The notes below the pieces were generated by a model. The model was not told the origin of the DNA, made no database searches, and saw only the letters and a program-made list of their open reading frames with translations. Position numbers and translations under genes: made by a program. Shown here in pieces: positions 1-9,339 of a stretch of DNA of 64,000 nucleotides. The stretch is taken from the NCBI GenBank assembly GCA_965207885.1, contig OZ242311.1, positions 192,001-256,000 of the forward strand, read 5' to 3'. Positions within the stretch are counted from its first letter, which is position 1, and each line of letters begins with the position of its first letter. The stretch is from Candidatus Latescibacterota bacterium. GTDB lineage: Bacteria; Latescibacterota; UBA2968.

Positions 1-16
1 TGCGGAGGGTGAGTCC

Positions 17-1360
17 TTGACACATTTTTCTACAACAGACGGATTTTTGACCAATACTCAAGCGGTCAGCAATGGCTGTGACCATAGTCGGTGGCCGGAA
101 TGTATAAAAAAAATTCTTGCGATTTCTTTTCGCATGCCTCCCTTGCTCTCACCACGGTCTATTCAGATCCATCGGCTTTTGACCCATTGGGCGAGACGAG
201 GTTGTGAGGTTCATGTTGTGTGTGTTAATCCCTCAACTGTGCCTCGTCTGCACTGGGATCAAGAGCTCGCAAATTTGTATCCAAACCTGATTCACTATCA
301 TTTTGTGTCTTTTCCCAATTCACCCACCAATATTTGGCAGAAGTTGCGAAATATCGGCAGCCAAATTCCCGATCCTTATCGGAGGTGGGCACATCAAGCT
401 GAGAGTGTTGCATTGGATTTGGCCAAGCAGATACAATTTGATCTGTTACTCACTTTTGCAAGTCCCATGTCGGACCATCTGACAGGTTTGGGAATAAAAA
501 AACACCTGCGGTGCCCCTGGGTTGCACATTTTAGCGACCCCTGGGTCGATAATCCATACAATGCCTATATGAATACTATTTTGTCTCGGTATGTGAGTGC
601 CAGACAAGAGCGAAGCGTCATCGCACAAGCAGATTCGGTGGTTTTTGTCTCTTCGGAAACTCAGGATCTGGTGATGAGAAAGTATCCCAGTACTTGGCGT
701 GCCAAAACTTGGGTTATCCCTCACTATTTTGACCCAGCTATTTATCCCAAAGTTGATCCTTTAGATGTTCATCCTAAAATGATTTTTCGCCATATCGGCA
801 GGTTTTATCAACATCGCACACCAGAGCCACTTTTTCAGGCTTTGTATCAGCTCAAATCGGAAAAACCAGTTGTTTTGGAAGGCGTGGTTTTTGAAATGAT
901 TGGCCCATCGCCACCGTATTTGTTGCATCGGCTACGTGCCAAATACGATTTGCAAGATTGTGTCACCATCCGCTCTTCTGTGCCTTATCTGGAAAGTCTA
1001 AAATTGATGGCTGAATCGGATGTGCTTATGGTTATGGATGCGCCTGTGACAGACCCAAACGTCTTCTTGCCTTCCAAGTTAGTTGATTATTTAGGCACTG
1101 GTCGTCCATTGATGGGGATAACACCTCTACGCGGGCCTTCAGCAGACCTGATTCGGGAATCTAAGGGTTTGGTTGCTGACCCAAGAAATTTGAGCGGCAT
1201 TGTGGATGTCATTGCGGCTTACATCGGTGAATACCGAATGGATGGGCTGGTACGGCGCAAGCCAGGTAAAGCCATCATGCAAGCATATAAGGTGGACACA
1301 GTTTCCGAGCATTTTCAGGAACTGTTCCTACAGTTGGTTGAGGAAGATGATCGTAATTAG
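17..1360 (+). CDS. Glycosyltransferase family 4 (GT-B)
   Basis: N-terminal KILAISFRMPP motif, WVAHFSDPW, C-terminal PSKLVDYLGTGRP; TTG start with GGAGGG SD; exact start uncertain. Confidence 0.85.
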   Translation: MTHFSTTDGFLTNTQAVSNGCDHSRWPECIKKILAISFRMPPLLSPRSIQIHRLLTHWARRGCEVHVVCVNPSTVPRLHWDQELANLYPNLIHYHFVSFPNSPTNIWQKLRNIGSQIPDPYRRWAHQAESVALDLAKQIQFDLLLTFASPMSDHLTGLGIKKHLRCPWVAHFSDPWVDNPYNAYMNTILSRYVSARQERSVIAQADSVVFVSSETQDLVMRKYPSTWRAKTWVIPHYFDPAIYPKVDPLDVHPKMIFRHIGRFYQHRTPEPLFQALYQLKSEKPVVLEGVVFEMIGPSPPYLLHRLRAKYDLQDCVTIRSSVPYLESLKLMAESDVLMVMDAPVTDPNVFLPSKLVDYLGTGRPLMGITPLRGPSADLIRESKGLVADPRNLSGIVDVIAAYIGEYRMDGLVRRKPGKAIMQAYKVDTVSEHFQELFLQLVEEDDRN

Positions 1361-1405
1361 AGATCGGAATGCCCTGAGTTTTGCATAAAAATCTGGGAGG
1401 ACAAC

Positions 1406-2644
1406 ATGAAAGTCTGCATCATTACAGAACAGTATCCCCCGAGTATCGGAGGACTTGGTAGCGCGACTCACCGGATTGCTAAGAATCTTGCGAACTACGG
1501 TCTTAATATCCATGTGATAGCACCTGGGTATCAATCCATTGACGTGCCCATCACATCTGTATGGGAAGATGGTGTGGTCGTTCATCGGACATTTCCCGCA
1601 TTATTCAGTTTCTACGGTGATCCTGTAGAACTCAGAGATATCGGTGCTTATGCTGTTCAATTGCACAAAGAGGTCGATTTCGACCTCTTTCATGGAATGT
1701 TTCTAATACCGTCTGGTCTGGTTGCCGCCACTACAGCTAAAGAGGTGGAGCGGCCTTTTATTGCCAGCATTCGCGGAAGTGATTTGGAGCGAATGTGTTA
1801 CAGTCCGATGGTGTCGAGCAGTATGAGATGGGTGCTAGAGCAGGCAAACTTTGTAACTTCAGTGAACCACAATCTCTTGGAAAAAGCGCAAAAACTAACA
1901 GCTATTCAAAACGGTTGTGCAATTCACAACGCATTTGATCCATCCGTCTTTAATCACTCCGATATCTTGACTATTGCAAAAGAAATGGGATGGCGGTCTC
2001 GGATGTTAGTCAAAAATTTTTTAACCGCAAAATCAAAAGGCGGGCCTGTTATAGGTACTGTCGGAAATATCAGACATGTTAAGGGTTTTTCATTCCTGCT
2101 TGAAGCATTTAAAAATATTGAGAGTATATATCCAGATGCCTATTTGATTTTGGCAGGAGATTTTTCCGATCCAGAAACAGGAAAGAAATATTTAAAGCAA
2201 ATCAAAGAATTGGGTTTGAAGCGGCGAGTGTTCATTACAGGACAAGTTCCTCATAGCCATATTTTGGCGTGGATGAAGGAGATGGATGTCTTTGTCTTAC
2301 CCTCTTTATATGAAGGGTCGCCGAATGCTCTGTTAGAAGCTATGGGGTGTGGGCGTGCAATTGTTGCGTCAGATATTGGCGGAGTCTCGGATGTTTTAGA
2401 AGATCACAAAGAGGGCTTACTCGTTCCGCCAGGACAAGCCGAAGCATTGACTTGTGCCTTAGAGGAAGTTATCCAAAATGAAGACCTTCGAAGACAATTA
2501 TGTGAAGCAGCAAAAAATAAGGCGGAGACAGTGCTGTCGCCACAACAGGAAGTTGAAACCTGGCTGGAAATTTATCGAAAAATTATCGATGGAGATGAGG
2601 AGCAAAGTGTTGAAACCAATATGGATTTGATAGCGTACTCATGA
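1406..2644 (+). CDS. Glycosyltransferase family 4 (GT-B)
   Basis: MKVCIITEQYPPSIGG N-terminus; DVFVLPSLYEGSPNALLEAMGCG (EX7E) motif; GGAGG SD. Confidence 0.92.
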   Translation: MKVCIITEQYPPSIGGLGSATHRIAKNLANYGLNIHVIAPGYQSIDVPITSVWEDGVVVHRTFPALFSFYGDPVELRDIGAYAVQLHKEVDFDLFHGMFLIPSGLVAATTAKEVERPFIASIRGSDLERMCYSPMVSSSMRWVLEQANFVTSVNHNLLEKAQKLTAIQNGCAIHNAFDPSVFNHSDILTIAKEMGWRSRMLVKNFLTAKSKGGPVIGTVGNIRHVKGFSFLLEAFKNIESIYPDAYLILAGDFSDPETGKKYLKQIKELGLKRRVFITGQVPHSHILAWMKEMDVFVLPSLYEGSPNALLEAMGCGRAIVASDIGGVSDVLEDHKEGLLVPPGQAEALTCALEEVIQNEDLRRQLCEAAKNKAETVLSPQQEVETWLEIYRKIIDGDEEQSVETNMDLIAYS

Positions 2645-3216
2645 AATGTGTCATAAAGCGTCTATTTCTAAAAGGATGTTATATGTCTGACAAGTTCAAA
2701 GTCTTTTTGTCGAGAGCTATGCTGATTTTTCTGGTCTTTTCGTCTTTTGGATGCAAAAAAAAGGATACTTTTCCAGTAGAACAAGCAAATGTTAAGGACA
2801 TTTTGATTGGGGAATCGGCTCCTGATTTTAGATTAGAAAGCTTGAACGGCGATTATGTTCACTTGGCAAATCAGCAGGGCAAGGTTGTTTTGATCAGTTT
2901 CTGGGCAACCTGGTGTTCTCCCTGCCAGAAGGAGCTTCCACACCTTCAGAATATCTACAATCAATACCGGGATAAAGGGGTAATTGTTTTGGCTATCAGC
3001 ATAGAAAGAAAAGAGACAGTGCAATATTTGGTAGAAAGCTCAGGTTATACATTTCCGGTATTATTTGCCGATAAGAACACCCAATTGGCATATAAGGTTC
3101 AAGGGATTCCAGCTATATATCTCATCGATAGAAATGGTGTCATACAATTCCATCGAACTGGTTATACCAGAGGCGATGAATCAAAAATTGAAAAAGAGGT
3201 TAATAAACAGATTTAG
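2641..3216 (+). CDS. TlpA/ResA-family thiol-disulfide oxidoreductase, lipoprotein-like
   Basis: APDFRLESLNG, FWATWCSPC active site, GIPAIYLIDRNG; probable real start ATG 2683 (AAAGGA SD). Confidence 0.92.
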   Translation: MKCVIKRLFLKGCYMSDKFKVFLSRAMLIFLVFSSFGCKKKDTFPVEQANVKDILIGESAPDFRLESLNGDYVHLANQQGKVVLISFWATWCSPCQKELPHLQNIYNQYRDKGVIVLAISIERKETVQYLVESSGYTFPVLFADKNTQLAYKVQGIPAIYLIDRNGVIQFHRTGYTRGDESKIEKEVNKQI

Positions 3217-3332
3217 AACAGCGATTTTAAACCATAATTTGGTAAACAATTTGTCCGCGCAGATTTTGATATAGTGAATTGTAGAGGATATTCCAAAGCG
3301 ACTTGGACATATCAGTCAAAATAGGTTCAAAC

Positions 3333-4298
3333 ATGAAATTTGTTCAATCACATTTTAGATTCCTGTTCAATTTTTTATTCATTTGCTTTTACTGTGGCTG
3401 TTCAAGGGAATATGCGCCCAATTTTTTCTTTGATGTATCAGAGATCTCTTTTGAAGGGATTTCCAGAGAAGAAGACCTAGAGGTAAATGATTTGGCTATC
3501 AACTCACGCGGACAAATTTTTATATGCGATAAAAAAAATAGCCTTGTCATCTGTTTTGCGTCCGATGGTTCGTATTTGAGGCAGATTGGAAGGCGGGATA
3601 AATACTCTGGTGACATTATTCATCCTGTGGCACTGGCAATGGGTGAAGATGACAAACTATACATCGCCTGCTCAAAGGAAATTCTTATCTATAATTCTAA
3701 AGGTAAAAAAATCAGGCAATTTAATCTTGATATTAGTGGTCCGAAGTCTATTGATGTTGATAAGTGGGGAAATATATATGTCACCGGATACCACAAAAAT
3801 GGCCTGATTCATAAATATGACCCTGAGGGGCGCAAGCTAAAAACATTTGGAAATTTGTTTGAGCATGATAATCAAATTGTTAAACGGAATTATTCGGGGG
3901 GTAATTTAAATATCATAAAAGATAGAATATATATGACGTCTTACATACCCTATAACGTGAATATATACGAATTGAATGGGCAATTGGTTACTCAGTATCA
4001 GAGACCTGAATTGGATTTTCGGCCTTCATTTGAAGTGGTTGGAGGCAACCATATTTTTCGTAGAAGTTCTCGGGGGTTGACAATATGCTCTGTGGATAGT
4101 CTGGTTTTTCATACGTTTTATTTAAATGGAAAGGGTATATATCTGGACATTTACGATAGTGACAACGCCCTGATTCATCGGGATATTCTTTTGAATGTCC
4201 ATATCTTGACATCCGACCAGATGGGATATGTCTATTATATGACCAGACGAGGCCCGGGTGCATCGGTTTTTAGAGGTCGTCCCAAAGGAGATTTTTAA
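3333..4298 (+). CDS. 6-bladed beta-propeller / NHL-repeat protein, putative lipoprotein
   Basis: NHL-like repeats DLAINSRGQIFICD, SIDVDKWGNIYVT; hydrophobic N-terminus ending YCGC; the ORF track starts at TTG 3303. Confidence 0.75.
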   Translation: MKFVQSHFRFLFNFLFICFYCGCSREYAPNFFFDVSEISFEGISREEDLEVNDLAINSRGQIFICDKKNSLVICFASDGSYLRQIGRRDKYSGDIIHPVALAMGEDDKLYIACSKEILIYNSKGKKIRQFNLDISGPKSIDVDKWGNIYVTGYHKNGLIHKYDPEGRKLKTFGNLFEHDNQIVKRNYSGGNLNIIKDRIYMTSYIPYNVNIYELNGQLVTQYQRPELDFRPSFEVVGGNHIFRRSSRGLTICSVDSLVFHTFYLNGKGIYLDIYDSDNALIHRDILLNVHILTSDQMGYVYYMTRRGPGASVFRGRPKGDF

Positions 4299-7138
4299 TG
4301 GTATATCGATACTTCGGAATTGGGCTTTGTATTCTTCTTATCGGATGCGGTACACCTGATCCGCCCTCTGCTTCGCTTTTTTATACCATACGCGTGGAAG
4401 ATGCAGCAAATCAGACTTTTGAGGTGGAATTGATTATTCGAGGGGCACATCAGAGAGAGATCCCTATGCGGTTGCATACATTCGATGAATTCACTGAAGT
4501 GGAAGCATTCCAGGCATCCCATTCCACTGGACAAACTCTCAATATCGATTTAGAAGAAGAAAAAAGAAGAGTGGTTTCACATGAATTGACAACAACAATA
4601 AGAACGATATCTGCTCTGGAAAAGGAAGACATCAAAATTCTTTACCGGGTTCGCGTAGGAAAAGAGATTCACGCAAACCATGGTGTACAATCTTTTCAGA
4701 CCTATGGATATATGAATGAACGCTTTGGATTGGTTTCTGGCCGAAGTTTATTCATGTTGCCCGATATGCCTATTGTATCTGCCCAAATACGCTTCAAATT
4801 ACCAGATTCTTGGCAGGTTGCCGTACCCTGGGAGAATCATCAAGGATGGTTCAAGCCAGAGATTGGGGTATCTGAACTAAAAGAGGAACTGGTCAATACC
4901 AATGTTGCACTTGGTTTACTGGAACATGAAACAAAAAAGGTGTCTGACACAGAAGTTTCAGTCTATGTGTTTCGCCCATGGGCGCGTGCTGTTAAAGATA
5001 GTCTGTATCAGAGAGCTTTTGCAACCTATGAGTCTGTTACAAATTTGTTCGGTGGTGATGGCGGTGGGAAATATGTCTTTAGCTTCGTCCCTAAGACAAA
5101 TGATGATTTATTTATTGCAAATAGCCATTGGTCGTCTTCTCAGGGTTTTGTATTGAACCATCCGAACTTTGTCAATGATGGTACTCCTCCTCCAAGTGCT
5201 CAACGCTGGTTGACATGTATCGAAAAATTGATGGATCGCTGGATAAAATATCCACCTTATCGCATGACATTCCGATCCCAGGATGATTACTGGGTAACAA
5301 CAGGCATTCAGAAATATTTCGCGGTCAAAATTGGCGGACAATTGGGATTCTTAAATGCACGGAATTATTTGGCACACATTCGAAAAAGATTTCCCAGTGT
5401 CATTGGAGAAGTGACGGTACATAGCCAGATCAGCAAACCACTCCCCCTATCTCCACCCATTCTTGATGTGCGTCAGCTTTATACAAGCCATTCTAATGTT
5501 CGGAGAGGAAAACGAGAAGCGATTGCTCCATTTGTACTGAATTTTTTAGATGATAAGATTCAGAATCACACGTTTGGCAAAAAGACATTTATTGACGTGC
5601 TGAGATATCAGTATCAAAAAAGAGAAAATCTGGATCTGTTTGCGGATATCGGGCAGGTGGTTAATGATCAATTTGCTCGAAGTCTAAAGCCAATGCTTCA
5701 AGACCTCGGCAAACTCGCCCGCGAGGCCAATATTGTTGAGGAGGAGTCGAAACTACCATCGTTTTATGTTCGGCAAACCGATGTTACACAGTTAGATACA
5801 TTGCGGTTCTTGTTTACGGGTAATACCAAAGGTTTTTTAGAGCATTGTGGATGTAAAATAAATCAAAATGGCGGCGTTGCTCGACGCGCAACAGTTATAG
5901 AAAGAGTTCGTAGTCAATTCCCTGATGTTTTGTTGTTGGATACGGGCAATTTTACTGCTTATACAAAAAGTCATTATCGCCTGACGCCACTGATGAAGGG
6001 GGAATTTAAGCTCTACCTGGATGCGATGGAAGCAATGGACTACGATCTGGCGGCTGTATCATTCTACGAATTGTTCTATGGAGAGGATTTGTTTTTAGAA
6101 CAAATATCATCTCAGAAATTTCCCGTTGTTTGTGCAAATGTACTTAAAGATGGTAAACCTATTTCCCGCCCACATGTTTCGATTAAGGCAGGGAAATATC
6201 GAATTGGTTTTCTGGGGATCTTTGAATTTCCGCTCAGTCAAGGTGACAGGAGAGAACTCACATTTGAGGAGCGTACATCAGATCTGGTATTCTTAGACCC
6301 AGTGGCGACTATTCGCAAGTACCTGCCGAAACTCCGTCAAGATAATGATTTGGTCGTTCTAATTGGTGCCATAAGCCCACAATTGATCCAAGAAGAGATT
6401 GTTAAATTCGAAGGTATAGATATGATTATATCTACCGAAAAACACTTGAACAATTTGGTGGAATCGCCGGATGGCATGAAATTGATCTTAAATGATCTTT
6501 CGGGCGTCAAAGGCGAAACATTGGTCGTTTATGACATTAACTCTCTATATGCAATTGATCTGGTTGAGGTAACGGTAGATCAAGATGGCATTGTGCAGGG
6601 ATGGGTTACCAAAAAAACGCTGGGTGAAGATGTAGAAGATCATGAAATGGTGCGTTCGTTGATCGATAATTTCTATACAGAAACAGTGGCTATGGCCGCA
6701 GATGTCAAGCCATTGATGCAATGGCATAAATATTTTCAGGAGTCGGATTTTGTAGGTGCCGATGCGTGTAAAACATGTCATCCGAGCCAGCATGAACAGT
6801 GGAAAACGACAGAACACGCGACAGCTTTTAATACACTTTTAGATGCAAAACGGCAATACCAGCCCGACTGTGTGAAATGCCATGTCACTGGTGCTGGTCA
6901 TCAAAGCGGGTATCAGTTTGGAAATGTCAGGCATCCTTTAATCAATGTGCAATGTGAAATGTGTCACGGTCCAGGCAGTCAGCATGTCACAAATCCCATT
7001 GCGGGTAAAATGATTCGCACGCCCTCAAAACAGCTTTGCACAACCTGCCACGATCAGGAACATTCCGATTTTGTCATGGAAGAATATTATCCCAAAGTCA
7101 AACACAGTATTGATCTTGCCAAAAAGACGACGCATTGA
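4298..7138 (+). CDS. Lipoprotein fusion: M61-peptidase-like domain (no HExxH) + UshA/5'-nucleotidase-like domain with CGC + tetraheme cytochrome c
   Basis: Lipobox LIGC; GFLEHCGCKINQNGGVARRAT; LLLDTGNF; four CxxCH motifs (CKTCH, CVKCH, CEMCH, CTTCH) at the C-terminus. Confidence 0.75.
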   Translation: MVYRYFGIGLCILLIGCGTPDPPSASLFYTIRVEDAANQTFEVELIIRGAHQREIPMRLHTFDEFTEVEAFQASHSTGQTLNIDLEEEKRRVVSHELTTTIRTISALEKEDIKILYRVRVGKEIHANHGVQSFQTYGYMNERFGLVSGRSLFMLPDMPIVSAQIRFKLPDSWQVAVPWENHQGWFKPEIGVSELKEELVNTNVALGLLEHETKKVSDTEVSVYVFRPWARAVKDSLYQRAFATYESVTNLFGGDGGGKYVFSFVPKTNDDLFIANSHWSSSQGFVLNHPNFVNDGTPPPSAQRWLTCIEKLMDRWIKYPPYRMTFRSQDDYWVTTGIQKYFAVKIGGQLGFLNARNYLAHIRKRFPSVIGEVTVHSQISKPLPLSPPILDVRQLYTSHSNVRRGKREAIAPFVLNFLDDKIQNHTFGKKTFIDVLRYQYQKRENLDLFADIGQVVNDQFARSLKPMLQDLGKLAREANIVEEESKLPSFYVRQTDVTQLDTLRFLFTGNTKGFLEHCGCKINQNGGVARRATVIERVRSQFPDVLLLDTGNFTAYTKSHYRLTPLMKGEFKLYLDAMEAMDYDLAAVSFYELFYGEDLFLEQISSQKFPVVCANVLKDGKPISRPHVSIKAGKYRIGFLGIFEFPLSQGDRRELTFEERTSDLVFLDPVATIRKYLPKLRQDNDLVVLIGAISPQLIQEEIVKFEGIDMIISTEKHLNNLVESPDGMKLILNDLSGVKGETLVVYDINSLYAIDLVEVTVDQDGIVQGWVTKKTLGEDVEDHEMVRSLIDNFYTETVAMAADVKPLMQWHKYFQESDFVGADACKTCHPSQHEQWKTTEHATAFNTLLDAKRQYQPDCVKCHVTGAGHQSGYQFGNVRHPLINVQCEMCHGPGSQHVTNPIAGKMIRTPSKQLCTTCHDQEHSDFVMEEYYPKVKHSIDLAKKTTH

Positions 7139-7187
7139 AATAAGTTGCGAAATAAGTTTTGGGGAGTTAAATCCAATATGAAGGGAG

Positions 7188-7493
7188 GTGAAAAACATGT
7201 TGAATTTTAAAAAAGCAAGTGCCTTTTTGGGAGCAGTTCTGTTTCTCGTAGCAGGTTCTTTCTTCTCCCAAAATACGGCGGTGAAGTCGGCAAGTCCTTA
7301 TGGTAATTTGCTCGCTTCCTCACTGTTTGTCAAAGATGCACAAGCTTCAGGCCATTGGAAGTGTGGCTATTGTAGCGGGGCTACATGCGTAAAAGATAAG
7401 CATACCTTGGGACTTCAGTGTAGGCAGTATAGCACGAATCCCGACGAGTGCCATGTCCGAGAGGTTTCAGAAGATATTTGTAGCGGCGGTTGA
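7188..7493 (+). CDS. Small secreted Cys-rich peptide (signal + pro-region ending LFVKDAQA + 48-aa core with 6 Cys)
   Basis: GTG start after GAAGGGAG SD; hydrophobic signal; core SGHWKCGYCSGATC...C...C...CSGG; followed by a stem-loop. Confidence 0.8.
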   Translation: MKNMLNFKKASAFLGAVLFLVAGSFFSQNTAVKSASPYGNLLASSLFVKDAQASGHWKCGYCSGATCVKDKHTLGLQCRQYSTNPDECHVREVSEDICSGG

Positions 7494-7522
7494 GCGGTAA
7501 AAATCTGTAAGGCACTATACCG

Positions 7523-7569
7523 TATCTGGGTGCTGGAGCATTAAATTTTTGTGTTCCTGCGCCCAGATA
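7523..7569 (+). terminator. Stem-loop after the peptide gene (mRNA-stabilising or partial terminator)
   Basis: TATCTGGGTGC ... GCGCCCAGATA inverted repeat; no clear U-tract. Confidence 0.5.
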
Positions 7570-7609
7570 ATAAGGAAGAATCGTTCGAGAACTTCAGGTT
7601 ACAGGAGGC

Positions 7610-9316
7610 ATGCACATGAAATCACTTAAGATATGGCTCGTGTTGCTTTCGATTGGATTCTTGCAGTGTGGCAAATCTTCGGATTATTCTCAGGGACCGA
7701 AAAGTTCTGGCGGTGAGGTCCGTATTCATCTGCTGAGTGTTGTGTATCAGCCAGAAAAGGGTGCTGTTCTGATTCAATGGGACCAGACAGGTGATGCTGG
7801 CAAGGGTAATTTTCACATTCAACGCAAAGAAGGCAATGGCGACTTTGCAGACATCGGTCAGAAAGCGGCTGATGGTTCGGGTTCAGAAGCGGGTGTTTTT
7901 TCTTTTTTGGACACAGAAGCACTTGCTGGAGAATTGATGTCTTATCGAGTAGTCTTGCGTTTGGAAGATAAGTGGACCTATCCAAGCAATGTGTTGTACA
8001 CCCGGATGCCCGGTGCAAGACTGATGGATGTGAGTCTCGACCCGGAGCGTGCAGGGGTTCAGATTCGCTGGACGCCAGATGTAGAACAGGGGATGGCTTA
8101 TGAAGTGGTTCGGCGTATTGGTGAGGGGACAGAAGCAGTGGTGTATCGGACGATGGATGCCGGATCGAAAGCGTTTGTGGATGGTCCGATTGTGGGAAAT
8201 GAAGTGCACACGTATTGGATTCGCACGCTGACGCAGGGGGGATCGAAGTTGAAAAGCAGGCCTCATAAAACGGGCCTCTACCTCACATCTTACGCTACTC
8301 AGTTTCCCATAGTACCCGAAACATCCATTCGCCTTGCCATAGGTTCTATTGGTTCCTATACGACGACGCACCCGCTTCTTTGTGTATTGGGATCAGGTGG
8401 TGTGACAATGCATCGCAAGGCGTACTACCCACCAGATAGGCTCAGGGTCCCCCCGGGAGGACCGCCGACGGTTGATGAAGCGTCTATCTATCTGAATCTG
8501 AATGAAGGACCTACTCTGTTATCCTCTTCTATTTCTATAGCAGGCTCTTCCTTGCCAGTGATTTGGAATCCAGTAAGTTCTCAGATAGATCTCACCCGCT
8601 ATGGATATACTTTTGTCGCTGGCATTGATCCTCATACACAAGCGGTTCATATTAAGCTTTTCGGTACCTTTAGTTCAGGATGGACTTTTCAGTTTCGTAA
8701 ACCGTATCCCTATCTATCTGAACCGCCTATCTGGCACGTTGACCCTGACGGCCGTACAGCCATAACACAAGAATTCGTAAGGCGGTATGATAAGTATAAT
8801 CATTTTCGGCTCTATGTGGTTGCAGGTGGTACACTGAAAATTTTCAACATTTTTGCATTCGGGGGCCGCTTTCCGAAAGCCGAAATCGTTGAAGTGTGGT
8901 CAGAACCCATCCAGGCGACAACCCCACCTTATGATTTGTTGTTTTGGAAAAACACGCTCTGGATGTCCTTTCCTGATGAACACCGCCTTGTAAAAGGACA
9001 GATCAACTTTAGTAGCGACGCAGAACCTCAGAATATTACCTGGCAAGATATTCCGCTGATGGACGGCATGCAGCCCAGTGCATTGACGGTCAATTTTTCA
9101 GGTCAGTTGTGTGTGCTGGATATGCACAACAGTAAAATTTGGATATTGAATCAGGAGGGTGATCCCATAACCCATATTGAAGTCAAAGGTCCGGGTTTTA
9201 TGCAGGACGGGCGTCTGAATGGCGATCTTGTCGCAGGTCTTGAAGAGTTACAGGATGTGCTCTATGTGGTCAAACCATCGGGCATTATGACGATACTTAA
9301 AACCGAGATGCCATGA
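7610..9316 (+). CDS. Putative lipoprotein with FN3-like domains and a C-terminal beta-propeller-like region; paralog of 16826-18385
   Basis: Lipobox FLQC; FN3-like IQW..., YRVVL, YEVVRR, YWIRT; shared PGA(R/I)L motif with the paralog. Confidence 0.6.
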   Translation: MHMKSLKIWLVLLSIGFLQCGKSSDYSQGPKSSGGEVRIHLLSVVYQPEKGAVLIQWDQTGDAGKGNFHIQRKEGNGDFADIGQKAADGSGSEAGVFSFLDTEALAGELMSYRVVLRLEDKWTYPSNVLYTRMPGARLMDVSLDPERAGVQIRWTPDVEQGMAYEVVRRIGEGTEAVVYRTMDAGSKAFVDGPIVGNEVHTYWIRTLTQGGSKLKSRPHKTGLYLTSYATQFPIVPETSIRLAIGSIGSYTTTHPLLCVLGSGGVTMHRKAYYPPDRLRVPPGGPPTVDEASIYLNLNEGPTLLSSSISIAGSSLPVIWNPVSSQIDLTRYGYTFVAGIDPHTQAVHIKLFGTFSSGWTFQFRKPYPYLSEPPIWHVDPDGRTAITQEFVRRYDKYNHFRLYVVAGGTLKIFNIFAFGGRFPKAEIVEVWSEPIQATTPPYDLLFWKNTLWMSFPDEHRLVKGQINFSSDAEPQNITWQDIPLMDGMQPSALTVNFSGQLCVLDMHNSKIWILNQEGDPITHIEVKGPGFMQDGRLNGDLVAGLEELQDVLYVVKPSGIMTILKTEMP

Positions 9317-9339
9317 TGGTATGGTAGAGAGATAGGGCG

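Noticed and set aside
5820-5890. Selenoprotein (UshA-like CGU motif)
   Set aside because: The codons are TGT GGA TGT (Cys-Gly-Cys); there is no in-frame TGA.
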